In this document: one piece after another, positions 49,381-62,837 of the stretch | How positions within the stretch are numbered: position 1 is the stretch's first letter | Layout: the number at the start of each line of letters is the position of its first letter | Assembly (NCBI RefSeq): GCF_006345805.1 | Contig: NC_043022.1 | Coordinates: 4,774,001 to 4,838,000, forward strand | Reading direction: 5' to 3' | Source: Octopus sinensis | Lineage: Eukaryota | Length of the DNA: 64,000 nucleotides | The notes under the pieces: model-generated | Seen by the model: the letters and a program-made list of their open reading frames with translations, nothing else | Databases searched by the model: none | Told to the model about the DNA's origin: nothing | Position numbers and translations under genes: made by a program

Positions 49381-49982
49381 AAATAAAAACAAAGTGGAAG
49401 TTTATGAAAATAGACATTATTGAGTGTACTTTCCTTCAATTAAGGGCCATAAATTGATCAGCTGAGCTTTCATTTTGGGAGCGGGGTACAAATAGCCAGG
49501 CTGAGACTCATTGATAGTTGAGTGGAGTGCCTTGCTCAAGGAGACTATGTGCTGTAGGTTCCGGGAATTGAAACCATGATTTTAGGATCAAAAACCAAAT
49601 TTCTTAACCCCTATATTAAGCACCTTTGCATGACTGAGGTGGAGAAGAATGGTAAGGGTTGGATGTTAGGGGTAAAGAAAAAGTAGTGGCAGTGGTGATG
49701 GTGGTGGCAGTAGTGGTGATGTAGGTAGTGAGGGTGATGGTGTCAATGGTGGTGGTGGTTGTGGCAGTAGTAGTGGTGATGGTGTCAGTGGTGGTGGTGG
49801 TGGTGGTGATGATGGTGGTGTTGATAGTGGGCAGTGGTGTTGGTGTTGCAAGGCAAAAGAAAAGGGAATTAAAATAAAAATGTGAACTGGTAAATAAGAA
49901 TTGCAGAGAAGGAGAATTTTAAGACACAAACGGAGCAAAAACAAAGATTATATACATAAAAGATGACAAAAGAATACACAAG

Positions 49983-50110
49983 TATGTTGTGAGCTTCATT
50001 AGCTTACAGCTGTTTCGAAATGCACTCACGGTTGAATACAGCATTTAACTATGAATGCATTGCATCTTATAGCAGAAACAACTGTAAGCCAATGGAGTTC
50101 ATAACAATAG
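49983..50110. mobile_element. Inverted repeat of a hammerhead 3' half (Penelope-like terminus)
   Basis: Arms ...CTTACAGCTGTTTC and GAAACAACTGTAAG... (GAAA-CAGCTG-TA), ~34 bp and imperfect. Confidence 0.5.
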
Positions 50111-50729
50111 TTTATTCTTTTGTCATTTTGACTTCTTATTACTGCTCTGTACTTGACCGATGCGTCATTCTGAAGCATATTTATACTGACTTCTGACACC
50201 AGGTTCTTAGAGTTGTTATGCCTAAGAGAAATGTATAAAAGAGGACTAAAAGTACTTGAGGGAAGGATTGAATAAAGTTCCAATTGCTGGTGAGATTTGT
50301 GAATTTGCAGGTCTGGTCAACTCACCTGTGCACAGCAGTGTGACATTTACAAAATAAATTGAAATTTATATTGAGATGGAAACTAAATTTGAAACATTCC
50401 AATTCAAAATAGAAATTTAAGAAAAATAACTGCAGCTTCAGGAAGATAGAAAGCTTGTTATATAAGCAGAAATGTTTGTGGTGGATTGCAGGAGGAGGAG
50501 GGGAGAGGAAGGAGAGGAACGTGGGGGAAAGTGTAAAAGGTGGGAGAGGTAGGAGAGGATGGAATTGGTGAATTGGAAAGTAATGGAGAGATAAAATGAG
50601 AGAGAGAGAGAGAGGTGTGTGTATGTGTGTGTTTAGAGTAAATATGAGAAGAAGTGAAGAATGGGAGAGGAGAGAATTGACAAATTGAGAAAGGTAAGAA
50701 TAACTGATGTTTTAAAAGTGGTAGGAATA

Positions 50730-51065
50730 GATAGATAGATAGGTAGGTATGTAGGTAGGTAGATAGAGAGAGAGAGAGAGAGGAGAGATAGACAGACAGA
50801 AAGGAAGGTAGAAAGATAGAGAGAGAGAAAGAGAGAGAAGAACTGAGAGACAAACAGATAAACAAAGGAGGAGAGAACCAGAGAGAGAGAGAGGAGACTA
50901 ACAGATAGTGAGAGAGACAAATACGTAGAGAGAGGAGACATAGAGAGAGAGAAGGAGAGACAGACAAATAGATAGACAGTGAAGAGAGAAAGAGAGACAA
51001 ATAGAGAGAGAGAGAGAGACAAAGAGAGACAGATAGACAGACAAACGGATATATATATATATATT

Positions 51066-51143
<78 letters not shown>

Positions 51144-51214
51144 TAGATAGGCAGAGAGACATAGATAGATAGATATATAGATAGACAGAGAGACATAGAT
51201 AGATAGATAGACAG

Positions 51215-51252
<38 letters not shown>

Positions 51253-51268
51253 TGAGATAGACAGAGAC

Positions 51269-51327
<59 letters not shown>

Positions 51328-51445
51328 TAGGCCGGTATGCAGGCAGACATCCAGACAAACAGACAGACAGATAGACAGAGAGTCTAGCAGAGAGATAAAG
51401 ATAAAGATAGATAGATCTATAGATAGATAGATAGATAGAGAAAAG
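50730..51445. repeat. GA/GATA/TA compound microsatellite field
   Basis: Seen directly in the sequence. Confidence 0.95.
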
Positions 51446-51931
51446 GAGAAAGAGCAAGAGGGAAAGGTAGAGAGTGATGGTGGCCTACTTCAAGAGAGGA
51501 ACAGAGCAGAGAGGCCAACAGAAATAGGAAGGAAAAAATATGGCAGTTGATGTTTGAAGAGATGAATTGAAATGCATATAAATAGCGATTGCTAAGATAG
51601 AGAATGGCGAAAGTGTTTGGTTCATTGTAAAGTCTCAGAACTGACTAAATAGAGAGAGGGGAGGGGGAAGAGAGAGAGGGAAGAAGAGAGAGAGGAGGAA
51701 GAGAGAGAGGAGGAAAAAGTATGAGACAAAAGAAAGCGAAGAGGCATGTAAATAAAAATGGAAGAAGAAGAAGAAGGAGAAGGAGAAGAAGAAGAAGAAG
51801 AAGGAGAGGAAGAAGATGAATGTAGAGGAGGAGGAGAAAGAGAGATTTGATCAGCAGCAGAAGACATTTTAACGATGTTCTCACAGCGAACATGTCATGG
51901 TTTGTTTTATTGATATACGTGTGTGTGTGTG

Positions 51932-52098
<167 letters not shown>

Positions 52099-52720
52099 AT
52101 ATATATATATGTATGTATATATATATGTATATATATTATATATGTATGTATGTATATATATATATATACACACACACACATATATATGTATATATATCAT
52201 ATATACATGTGTATATATAGGTATATTTATATACACATACATATATATATATACATATATGCATATATACACACAAATGCATACATACATATGCATACGT
52301 CCACATATATATATATGTATGTTAATAACACCTATAAGATGTTTTATCCGTATATACACACATACATACACACATATATATACATATTTGATATATATGT
52401 GTAGTTGTTTAAACTTGTTTTTTTTCTTCTACTTCTCATCTCTAAATCTTTTGAAATTTTACTTTTCACAGAGTGTGTGTGTGTGTGTGTGTTGTGTGTG
52501 TGTGTGTGTGTGTGTGCATGCATATAACTAAGCAGTAAATGTTTATAGTTCGGTGAGGGGAGCAGAAAATATCCACATCAATATACACGTGTACATAAAT
52601 ATATCTATATATTCATATAAATGTGTGTGTGTATATATATGTATATATATATAATATATATATGCTTTCAGTGCAAAGCTTTAAGCTTATATAAAAAATA
52701 CCATTACTATCATTTATAGG

Positions 52721-52776
<56 letters not shown>

Positions 52777-52872
52777 GTATATGCCAACTGAAGAAAAGGA
52801 AGGAAGAGATAGATAGATCAAATATAGAATAGAGATAATTTGGAGAAGGGAGATAAACTAGGAGGAAAGAGA

Positions 52873-52907
<35 letters not shown>

Positions 52908-53970
52908 CGTGTGTGTGTGAGTGTGTCTGTGTCTCTTTTTGTTGTTATGCCATTATGATGTGTGTGTATGTAACAACTTTTGTCCATAAATACAGATAAA
53001 AAAAAAAAAGGACTACACACAAAGAAACACACACCCATTTGATATCTGACTCTGTTTGTGGCCTCTGCTTGTCGTTGGTGGTGATGGCCATTGTTTATGT
53101 TCCTGTTATGCCAAAAAGGTGTACTTCACTGATTTTATAAACAAAGGTGGGTGGGTGGGGAGGCACAGTTTTTTTTTCATCCCAAAATGCACTCTCTTGC
53201 TTTTGCACTCTCTTCTTTGCTGCCTTACAATGTGTGCATCATACATTGCCGCACAAGCAGGAAAAAATACCTTTTATATTTCCATACAAGCACACATATG
53301 CACACACACACACAATCACAGCCTTTTGTAGATAGTGAACCAGCTCAACTGACTGGCCAACCTTCAGTCTTTACATTGCTGATGTTGTTGTTGTTGCCGC
53401 TGCTTAATATTTTACTGAGCACAGCCAGGCATCACTCACAAAAATAACTGGGTAATATAAATATACGATGCAAATTATTTTAGAAACCTGTGTAGCCACA
53501 GGAGGGTATAAACACCTTCTTGACCCTATCACTCTCAATTCAGCAAAACATTATAAAACAAAAAAAAATACTTTGTTGAGATTAAAATATGAATTGGACA
53601 GAAAACATGACTGATGGTGGAGCAAGGTCCAATATAATTTCTTTACAGAAGTCGTTTGGTGATTTGCTGTGCTTGAGAAGAATCAAGCCAAGTGAAATAG
53701 CAGTTGTGGCCAATGCCAGTGACATGTTACAGCATCTGTGCTGGTGACACGTAAAAGCACCCATTCCGGCGACACGTGAAAGACACCTGTGCCCGGTGAT
53801 GTGTAAAAGGCACTAACTGAAGGGCATCCAGCCATAGAAACTGAGCCAAATTCTGACTGGAACCTGGTGTAGCACTCTGGCTTACCAGTTCCCGTCAAGC
53901 CATCGAACTCATGCCATCATAGAAAGCAGATGTTAAATGATGACGATGATGATGACGATGTCCTCACCTT

Positions 53971-54331
53971 ATTTAAGTTAAGTTAATTTTTTGGCTCAAA
54001 AAGCAAAAAGCAAGGCCATGTAGGGGGACATGGAGATATGTACAGGGAGGGTGCTCATGCAAAGAGTTCAGGCCATTTCTGGTCAAGAGAGACTTTGAAC
54101 TGAGCGGTTGTCGGCATCTTCACTATCTCGTCCGGCAGCTTATTCCACGGTACCGCAACCCGGACGGAGAAAGCCCCTCTCCTTCGATTGAGATGAAATT
54201 GTCGCAGATAGAGCTTTTCGGAGTGACCCCACAGCCGACGCTCTAGAGCAGGAGTGAAGAACAGCTCTTTCGAGAGGTTACACTTTCCACTTATGATGTT
54301 GTGAGCGAGAATGAGATCACCACGGCGGCGT
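53971..54331 (-). mobile_element. CR1 LINE 3' fragment, same family as 62258
   Basis: Reverse complement of 62473-62830, including the (TAACT)n tail. Confidence 0.88.
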
Positions 54332-55167
54332 CAGTAATTTAATGTAGAGGGCACTAATCCACAAATGTCTACGTGTAAGAGGACACTGGTGTTATTAGTG
54401 AGCAGAAAACGTGACTGATTATGTAGCAATGTCTGATATAATTTCTTTATAGGAGTCCTTTAACGATTCTTTGTGCTTGGGATAGGAGGATTTAGTAGAC
54501 AGAAACTGAAAGAAGCTCGTTGTGTATCTATATGCATGTATGTGTGTGTGTGTGTGTCTGGGTTTACTTCTTCCAACACCACTTGACAACCAGTGTTGGT
54601 TTGTTTATATCCACATAACTTAGTGGTTTGTCAAAAGAGACTGATAAAATAAGCACATGATGTTTAAAAATAATTAATTTTCTAGGGTTGATTTATTTGA
54701 CTAAAACTCTTCGGTGTAGAGCTCCAGCATGGCCACAGTCCAATGACTGAAACAAGTACAGGATCTAATTAAAGAATTTATAATTAATTTCTCAATTTAA
54801 AAAATACATATCCTACTGTGTTGCCATTAATGTAATTAATATTAATTTACATATATAATGTTATGCAATGAATAATTAATTAATCCAAGATATTTCTGTC
54901 CTGCAGTGTTGTCATTAATGTAAATCATTAGAAAAAAATTTACATATGCATCTTATTATATAAAACATAATTACAATATTTTGGACAAGTGTGGCTGTGT
55001 GGTAAGAAGCTTGCTTCCCGACCACATGGTTCCGGGTTCAGCCCCACTGCGTGGCACCTAGGTCAAGTGTTTTCTCCTACAGCCTCAGGCCAACCAAAGC
55101 TTTGTGAGTGGATTTGGTAGATGGAAAATGAAAGAAGCCCATATATATATATAAATCTATCTATATA

Positions 55168-55582
55168 GGTGTAGGAGTGGCTGTCTGGTAAGTAGCTTGT
55201 TTACCAACCACATGGTTCCGGGTTCAGTCCCACTGCATGGCACCTTGGGCAAGTGTCTTCTACTATAGCCTCGGGCCGACCAAAGCCTTGTGAGTGGATT
55301 TGGTAGACGGAAACTGAAAGAAGCCCTTCGTATATATGTATATATATATGTAAGTGTGTGTGTGCTTGTGTATCTGTGTTTGTCCCCCTAGCATTGCTTG
55401 ACAACCGATGCTGGTATGTTTACGTCCCCGTTACTTAGCGGTTCGGCAAAAGAGACCGAAAGAATAAGTACTGGGCTTACAAAAGAATAAGTCCTGGGGT
55501 CGAGTTGCTCGATTAAAGGCAGTGCTCCAGCATGGCCACAGTCAAATGACTGAAACAAGTAAAAGAGTAAAGAGTAAAAGAG
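55168..55582 (+). mobile_element. SINE family A; additional partial copies at 54488-54760 and 54985-55140
   Basis: Full-length match. Confidence 0.9.
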
Positions 55583-56124
55583 TATATCGTGATTAGAAAG
55601 TAAACTTCCTAACTACACAGTGAGGCTTCAATATAGTTTCCTTTAACCAAATTTCATTGATAAGCTTTGTGTAAACTCAGGATTATAGTCAACTTGTTAA
55701 AGATGCTTCACAGTAAAACTGAACCCAAAATCATGTGATAATAAAGTAAACTTTCTGAGCACACAGCAAGGCTTTGGTATAGTTTCCATTTACCAAATTT
55801 TGGGTAGAGCCATGACTATAAAAGAAAACTGTTGCTGAAGCTGCTTTGGAGGGAGACTGAACTTAGAATCAGGTGGTTTTGAAGCAAGCTTCTGAACCTC
55901 ACGGCCATGCATGTGTCCATAACACCACCAGGTTTATAGGTGGCAGTATGGCTGTTTATGTCAGTCCTTCCATGCCATCTCTTATGAAAAATATAAATTT
56001 TCAAATATTAAATAAAATAAAATAAAAACATTAAAATAAATAAAAATAAAAATAAAATAAAATAAAAGAAACTGTTTTTGTTTCCTTATTTTATTGATCA
56101 CCACTAACATAATCCTCATTACTC

Positions 56125-56631
56125 TCACCACCACCACCATTACCATTGCTGCCATGACTACCACTGTTGCCACTGCCAACTGCCACACCACCACCACATC
56201 CACCACAGCTACTGCCATTGGCACTGCTATGGCCACCTCACTTGCCACCACCACAACCACTTCTACCACCACCACCAACACTGCTACCACCTCCATGAAC
56301 ACCACTGCCTCCACCACCACTACTGCCATGGCTACCTCCCTTGCCACCACCACAAACACCTCTACCACCACCACCACCAACACCACAACCAGTACTGCCA
56401 CCACCACAACCAGTACTGCCACCACCACATCACCACCACTACTGCCATTGGCACTGCTGTGACCACCTCACTTTCCACAACCACTTCTACCACCCCCACC
56501 ACCGCCACCAACACTGCTACCACCTCCACGAACGCCACTGCCACCTCCACCACCACTATTGCCATGGCCACCTCCCTTGTCACCACCACCACAACTACCA
56601 CTACCACCGACTCCGCCACCACCTTCACCAC
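56125..56631. repeat. (ACC)n-derived degenerate repeat with a higher-order unit
   Basis: A unit of the form ATGGCCACCTC(A/C)CTTG recurs about four times. Confidence 0.8.
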
Positions 56632-56908
56632 ATTTTGCTTTATGAATTTCCTTTTTGAGTTCCGGACTTGGAATCACCAATTCCCATTGTGCGTTTACGA
56701 TTTGAATCAATGTGAAATGATAGATACAAACTATAAATTTTATGAATTCTGTTAAACTCGCTGAATAAATCTGAGTTATGGGAGTAAACGGTACTTTAAA
56801 AGACACCAATTTTTTAAAATGGTTTTTTTAAAACATTCAATCAATACTCCCAAGTCAATAAAAATTTTGGTAAAAGACTGGATGACAGAGTAGACGGAAT
56901 AACAATAT

Positions 56909-57915
56909 TGGAACATTGTTAATATTTCTGCTCCATCAGGTTGCGAGCTGGCAGAATCGTTAGCACACCAGGCCAAATGGTTAGCGGTATTTTGTCTGCC
57001 ATTACATTCTGAGTTCAAATTCCACTGAGGTCGACTTTGCCTTTAAAAGGCGGTGAGCTGTACGAAATGCGTAGCCGTATTTTATCTGCCATTACGTTTT
57101 GAGTTCAAATTCAGCCGAGGTTGACTTTGCCTTTCATCCTTTCAGGGTCGATTAAATGTGTACCAGTTACGCATTGGGGTCGATATAATCGACTGCCCTG
57201 CCACCACAAAAATTTCGGGCCTTGGAACATCGTTAATATTTCTGCTCTATCAGGTTACGAGCTGGCAGAGTCGTTAGCACACCAGGCCAAATGGTTAGCG
57301 GTATTTTGTCTGCCGTTACATTTTGAGTTCAAATTCCACTGAGGTCGACTTTGCCTTTCCTCTTTTCGGAGTTGATAAATTAAGTACCAGTTGCGTACTG
57401 GGATCGATCTAATCGACTGCCCTGCCACCACAAAAATTTCGGGCCTTGGAACATCGTTAATATTTCTGCTCTATCAGGTTACGAGCTGGCAGAGTCGTTA
57501 GCACACCAGGCCAAATGGTTAGCAGTATTTTGTCTGCCGTTACATTCTGAGTTCAAATTCCACTGAGGTCGACTTTGCCTTTCCTCTTTTCGGAGTTGAT
57601 AAATTAAGTACCAGTTGCGTACTGGGGTCGATCTAATCAACTGCCCTACCACCACAAAAATTTCAGGTCTTGGAACATCATTAATATTTCTGCTCTATCA
57701 GGTTGCAAGCTGGCAGAATCATTAGCACACCAGGCCGAATGGTTAGCGGTATTTTGTCTGCCGTTACATATTGAGTTCAAGTTCCACTGAGGTCGACTTT
57801 GCCTTTCCTCTTTTCGGAGTTGATAAATTAAGTACCAGTTGCATACTGGGATCGATCTAATCGACTGCCCCGCCTCCATAAAAATTTCGGGCCTTGTGCC
57901 TAGAGTAGAAAAGAA
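56909..57915 (+). repeat. Tandem array (period ~224 bp) of SINE B plus unique flank
   Basis: TGGAACATCGTTAATATTTCTGCTCTATCAGGTT recurs at ~56909, 57223, 57447 and 57672. Confidence 0.88.
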
Positions 57916-57929
57916 CTTTTCTGCTCTAT

Positions 57930-59880
57930 AGCATGGTGAGCTGGGAGAATTTTTAGAACGCCAGGCCAAATACTTAGCGGTATTTCGTCTGCCTTTGCGT
58001 TCTGAGTTCAAATTCTGCCACGGTCAACTTTGCTTTTAAAAGGCGGCGAGCTAGGCGAAATGCGTAGCTGTATTTCGTCTGCCATTACGTTCTGAGTCCA
58101 AATTCCGCCGAGGTCGACTTTGCCTTTCATCCTTTCAGGGTCGATTAAATGTGTACCAGTTACGCACTGGGGTCGATATAATCGACTTAATCTGTTTGTT
58201 TGTCCTCTCTTATGTTTAGCCTCTTGTGGGTAGTAAAGAAATAGGTATTTTGTGTGCTGTTACATTCTGAGTTCAAATTCAGATGAAGTCAACTTAGCCT
58301 TTGATTCTTTCGGGGTTGATAAATTAAGCACTGGTTGCGTACTGGGGCCGATCTAATTGACTTGGCTCCCCACCTCCCCCAAAATTTCGGGCCTTGTGCC
58401 TAGAGTAGAAAATAATAGATGAGTGAGTTGGCAGAATCATTAGCATGCCAGGCAAAATGCTTAACGGCATTTCGTCTGCCATTATGTTCCGAGTTCAAAT
58501 TGTGCTGGGGGCGATAAATTAGGTACCAGTTGAACACTGGGGTTGATGTAATTGAATTACCCCCTCCTCGAAATTGCTGGCCTTGTGCCAAAATTTGTAA
58601 TCAATATTTCTGTTGTATCTATTAAAATGGCAAGATGGCAGAATTGTTGGGACACCAAGGAAAATGCTTAGCACCGTTTTATCCATCTTTCCATTCATCA
58701 TCATCATCATCGTTTAACATCCGCTTTCCAGGCTCCAATCTGATCTGGCAATGTTTCTACAGCTGGATGCCCTTCCTACCGCAAACCACTCCATGAGTGT
58801 AGTGGGTGCTTTTTACATGCCACTGGCACAGGATCCAGTCAGGTGGGCCTGGCATTGATCACGTTCTGATAGTGCTTTTTATGTGCCAGTGGCATGGGAG
58901 CCAGTCAGGGGGCACTGGCATCAATCATGTTTGGATAGTGCTTTTTATGTGGCGCCTGCACTGGGGCTAGTCAGGGGGTACTGGCATCGACCATGTTCAG
59001 ATGGTGCTTTTTACGTGCCACCAGCATGGGAGCCAGTCAGGGGTCACTGGCCACAGCTACGTTATTGGTTTTACTTGACTCAAAAGGTCTTCTCAAGCAT
59101 ATCATATCGCACGACACATCAGGGGTACTCTCGACTGGGCCGTTCTGTGTTGAAATAAGCTGAGGTTGACTTTGCCCTTTATCCTTTCAGGGTTGACGAA
59201 CTAAGTACTAGTTGAGCACTGGCATTGATGTAATCAACTTAGCCCTTCCCCTCAAAAGTACTGGTCTTGTACCAGACACGGGAAACCAATATTTCCTCTC
59301 AGTCTGTGAAGGAGGTGAGCTGGCAGAATTGTTGGCACACCGGATAAAATGCTTTGCGACATTTTGTCTGACTTTATACTCTGAGCTCAAATCCCACTCA
59401 GGTTATCTTTGCCTTTCATCCTTTTGTTGGGGCTGGTCGATAAAATAAGAAGCAATCCAGTACTAGGGGTCGATGTAACCCCTCTTCTGAAATTGTCAGC
59501 CTTGTGTCAAAATGTGAACCCAATATTTTCACTTTATCAAATAAGGCAACAAGCTGGCTGAACCATTAGTAAACGGGGCCAAATACTTTGTGACATTTCC
59601 CTCGTCTTTACCTTCTGAGTTCAAACTCCACTGAGGGTAACTTTGCCTTTTATCCTTTTGGGGTCAATAAAATAAGCACCAGTTGAACACTGGTGCCCAT
59701 GGAACTGACTTAGCCCTCTTCCAAAATTGCTGCCCTTGTGCCAAAATTTTGTTCTGGATTGAGTTCAAATTCTACTGAGATTGACTTTTGTGTTTCATTG
59801 TTTTGGGGTCAATGTAATTGAGTGCCCACCACCCCCTACAATTGCTGGCCTTGTGTCAAAATTTGAAACTAATATTTCTT
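57930..59880 (+). mobile_element. Cluster of further SINE B copies, mostly diverged and co-oriented, with a nested SINE C at 58695-59110
   Basis: Repeated GAGTTCAAAT...GACTTTGCCTTT(C/T)ATCC motifs. Confidence 0.75.
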
Positions 59881-59992
59881 CTGGAACCCAATATTAGTTC
59901 ACTGATGAAGATGCATGGCTCAATGGTTAGAGCATTGGGCTCACAATCTTGAGGTAGTCAGTTTGATTCCCACACTGGGCTGTGTGTTGTGT

Positions 59993-60379
59993 GTGGAGGC
60001 GCAATGGCCCAGTGGTTAGGGCAGCGGACTCGCGGTCGTAGGATCGCGGTTTCGATTCCCAGACCGGGCGTTGTGAGTGTTTATTGAGCGAAAACACCTA
60101 AAAGCTCCACGAGGCTCCGGCAGGGAATGGTGGTGATCCCTGCTCTACTCTTTCACCACAACTCTCTCTCACTCTTACTTCCTGTTTCTGTTGTACCTGT
60201 ATTTCAAAGGGCCGGCCTTGTCGCTCTCTGTGTCACGCTGAATATTCCCGAGAACTACGTTAAGGGTGCACGTGTCCGTGGAGTGCTCAGCCACTTACAC
60301 GTTAATTTCACGAGCAGGCTGTTCCGTTGATTCGGATCAACCGGAACCCTCATCGTCGTAACCGACAGAGTGCTTCCAG
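59993..60379 (+). mobile_element. Young tRNA-derived SINE (family F) inserted into a SINE D copy (59907-60530)
   Basis: TGGCCCAGTGG (A box), GGTTTCGATTCCC (B box), CpG-rich, 12-bp TSD TGTGTGTTGTGT at 59981 and 60380. Confidence 0.85.
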
Positions 60380-60558
60380 TGTGTGTTGTGTTCTTGAGCA
60401 AGACACTTTATTTCACATTGCTCCAGTTCACTCAGCTTCCATAAACAACCTTTCCCAGACTTGTGCCTCAGAGGGGAACTTTGTAGGTGCAATCCCATGG
60501 TCATTCACGACTGAAGGGGGTCTTTAACCCTTATACTGTATTTGTAGTGTGTGTATGT

Positions 60559-60905
60559 GAAGGTGCATGGCTCAATGGTTAGAGCATCAGGCCCACAATC
60601 ATGAGGTAGTGAGTTCAATTCCAGGACCAGGCTGTGTGTTGTGTCCTTGAGCAAGACACTTTATTTCTCATTGCTCCAGTTCACTCATCTGTAGAAATGA
60701 GTTGCGATGTCTCTGGTGCCAAGCTGTATTGGCCCCTCTGCCTTTCCCTTGGGTAACATCAGTGGTGCGGAACGGTGGGGAGGCTTGTGTGCATGGGTAA
60801 CTGCTGGTCTTTCATAAACAACCTTGCCCTGACTTGTGCCTTGGAGGGGATCTTTCTAGGTGAAGTCCCATGGCCTTTCATGATTGAAGGGAGTCTTTTA
60901 CCCTT
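60559..60905 (+). mobile_element. SINE family D, near full length
   Basis: TGGCTCAATGGTTAGAGC / GAGTTCAATTCC boxes and CCTTGAGCAAGACACTT. Another head at 61485-61625. Confidence 0.8.
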
Positions 60906-61644
60906 CATTGCGTGGTGAACTGAGCTTGCAGAATGTTTTGCTCGACTGGAAAAAATGCTGAGCAGAATTTCTTCCAAATTTACATTCTGAGTTCAAATGC
61001 TGCTGCTGGGGTTGACTTTGCCTTTCATCCTTTTGGGGTACCATTGGAACTTTGGGGTCGATGTAATCGACTCACCTCCTTTCCCCAAAATTGCTGGCAT
61101 TGTGCCAAAATTTGAAATCAATATTAGTTTAGGGTCACAAATTTTAGGGTCAGAGATTAATCAGCTAAGTTACCCCCAATACTTTATCATCATCGTTGTC
61201 GTCATTACCACCATCATCGTCATTGTCACCATTCTCGTCGTCATCACCATTGTCGTCATCACCATCATCGTCCTCATTGTTGTCATCATCATCATCATCG
61301 TAGTCATCATCACTATTATCACCATTATCATCATCACCATCGTTGTTGTCATCATCATCACCATCGTAAGCTATGTTGCTTATTTGGCAATCGAAAGGTG
61401 GAATACTACAACCTGTGTCGTGACACCTGTCTGATTGGTATTAGTTTTTTAACCACATCAAACGATGATTGATTGATTGAGGGTGAAGGCACATGGCTTA
61501 GTGGTTAGCGTAGTTAGCTTATGATTGTAAGGTCGTGAGTTCAATTCCCAGCGATGCATTGTGTCCTTGAGCAAGGCACTTTATTTCACATTGCTCCAGT
61601 CCACTCAGCTGGCAAAAATGAGTATTCTTGGCTTGGGTTGGCAT

Positions 61645-62255
61645 CCGAATCGGTGGCGAAAAGTTCCTGGCTTTAAGGGTATCGTGCAAGGCTTGGTTGG
61701 AGGAGAAAATGAGAGGTGTGGGGGTGAAAAGTTCCTGGCTTTGAGTAAAAGAAAATACAGGAGGATCAGTCAATTATGATTTTATTCAACATGTTCCCCT
61801 CTCAGATTCACACACTTATTGCAGGGGTCCTTCAGTTTTTCTAAGCCTTATAAAAAAACCCAGAAGGTTGAGCCTCCAGCCAGGACTTTCATGATACCCT
61901 TAAAGCCAGAAACTTTTCAGCAACCGCTCATATATAAATACATACACACATACATACATATATATGTGGGGATGTTGAAAAATTCCTGGTTTTGGGTAAA
62001 AGAAAATGCAAGAGAATCAGTTAATTATGATTTTATTGAAGAGATTTCCTACTCAGATTCACACACTTATTGCAGCGGTCCTTCAGTTTTTCTAAGCTCT
62101 GTGAAAGAACTCAGGAGGTTGGGCTTCCAACCAAGTGAAAAGCAGGACCTTTTCCTTAAAACCAGGAACTTTCCAGCACCCACCCATATGTTGAATAGAA
62201 TCATAATTAACTGATTCTCCTTTATTTTCTTCAACTCAGAGCCAGGAACTTTTCG
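61645..62255. mobile_element. Cluster of mariner-like MITEs
   Basis: Repeated GAAAAGTTCCTGGCTTT / AAAGCCAG(G)AACTTTTC termini. Same family as 15071. Confidence 0.7.
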
Positions 62256-62257
62256 GA

Positions 62258-62837
62258 ATGCTCACAGCAGCCATATTCCTACCACTCTATGTCACGCTGG
62301 TGAGACCCATCTTGGAGTACGGGATTCAAGCCTCTTCTCCTTATCTCCTCAAAGACATACATCATCTCGAAAGAGTCCAGAAGCTGGTTACCCGCATGGT
62401 TCTTGGTCTCAAGCATTTGTCTTATGAAGAAAGGCTGAAGAAGCTCGACCTTTATTCTCTAGAAAAACGACGACGCCGTGATGATCTCATTCTTGCTCAC
62501 AACATCATAAGCGGAAAGTGTAACCTCTCGAAAGAGCTGTTCTTCTCTCCTGCTCCAGAGCGTCGGCTGCGGGGTCACTCTGAAAAACTCTATCTGCGAC
62601 GATTTCATTTCAATCAAAGGAGAGGGGCTTTCTCCATCCGGGTTGCGGATCCGTGGAATAAGCTGCCGGACGAGATAGTGAAGATGCCGACGACCGCTCA
62701 GTTCAAAGTCTCTCTTGACCAGAAATGGCCTGAACTCTTTGCATGAACACCCTCCCTGTACATAACTCTATGTCCCCCTACATGGTCTTGCTTTTTGCTT
62801 TTTGAGCCAAAAAATTAACTTAACTTAACTTAACTTA
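62258..62837 (+). mobile_element. CR1 LINE 3' fragment with open ORF2 C-terminus and (TAACT)n tail
   Basis: LYVTLVRPILEYG...LERVQ...LSYEERLKKLDLYSLEKRR.R.DLI...RGHSEKL...FSIRVADPWNKLP. Confidence 0.92.

Noticed and set aside
48719-49417. Overlapping repetitive ORFs, and a possible CRISPR-like array
   Set aside because: Degenerate minisatellite. There are no unique constant-length spacers, no cas genes, and the context is eukaryotic.
55982-56809. Mucin-like Thr-rich ORFs
   Set aside because: ACC-derived repeat open on both strands with a frame break, no clear splice signals and no non-repetitive domain.
59997-60068. Possible tRNA gene
   Set aside because: A and B boxes are present, but the acceptor and anticodon stems do not pair properly and it continues into a TSD-bounded SINE body.
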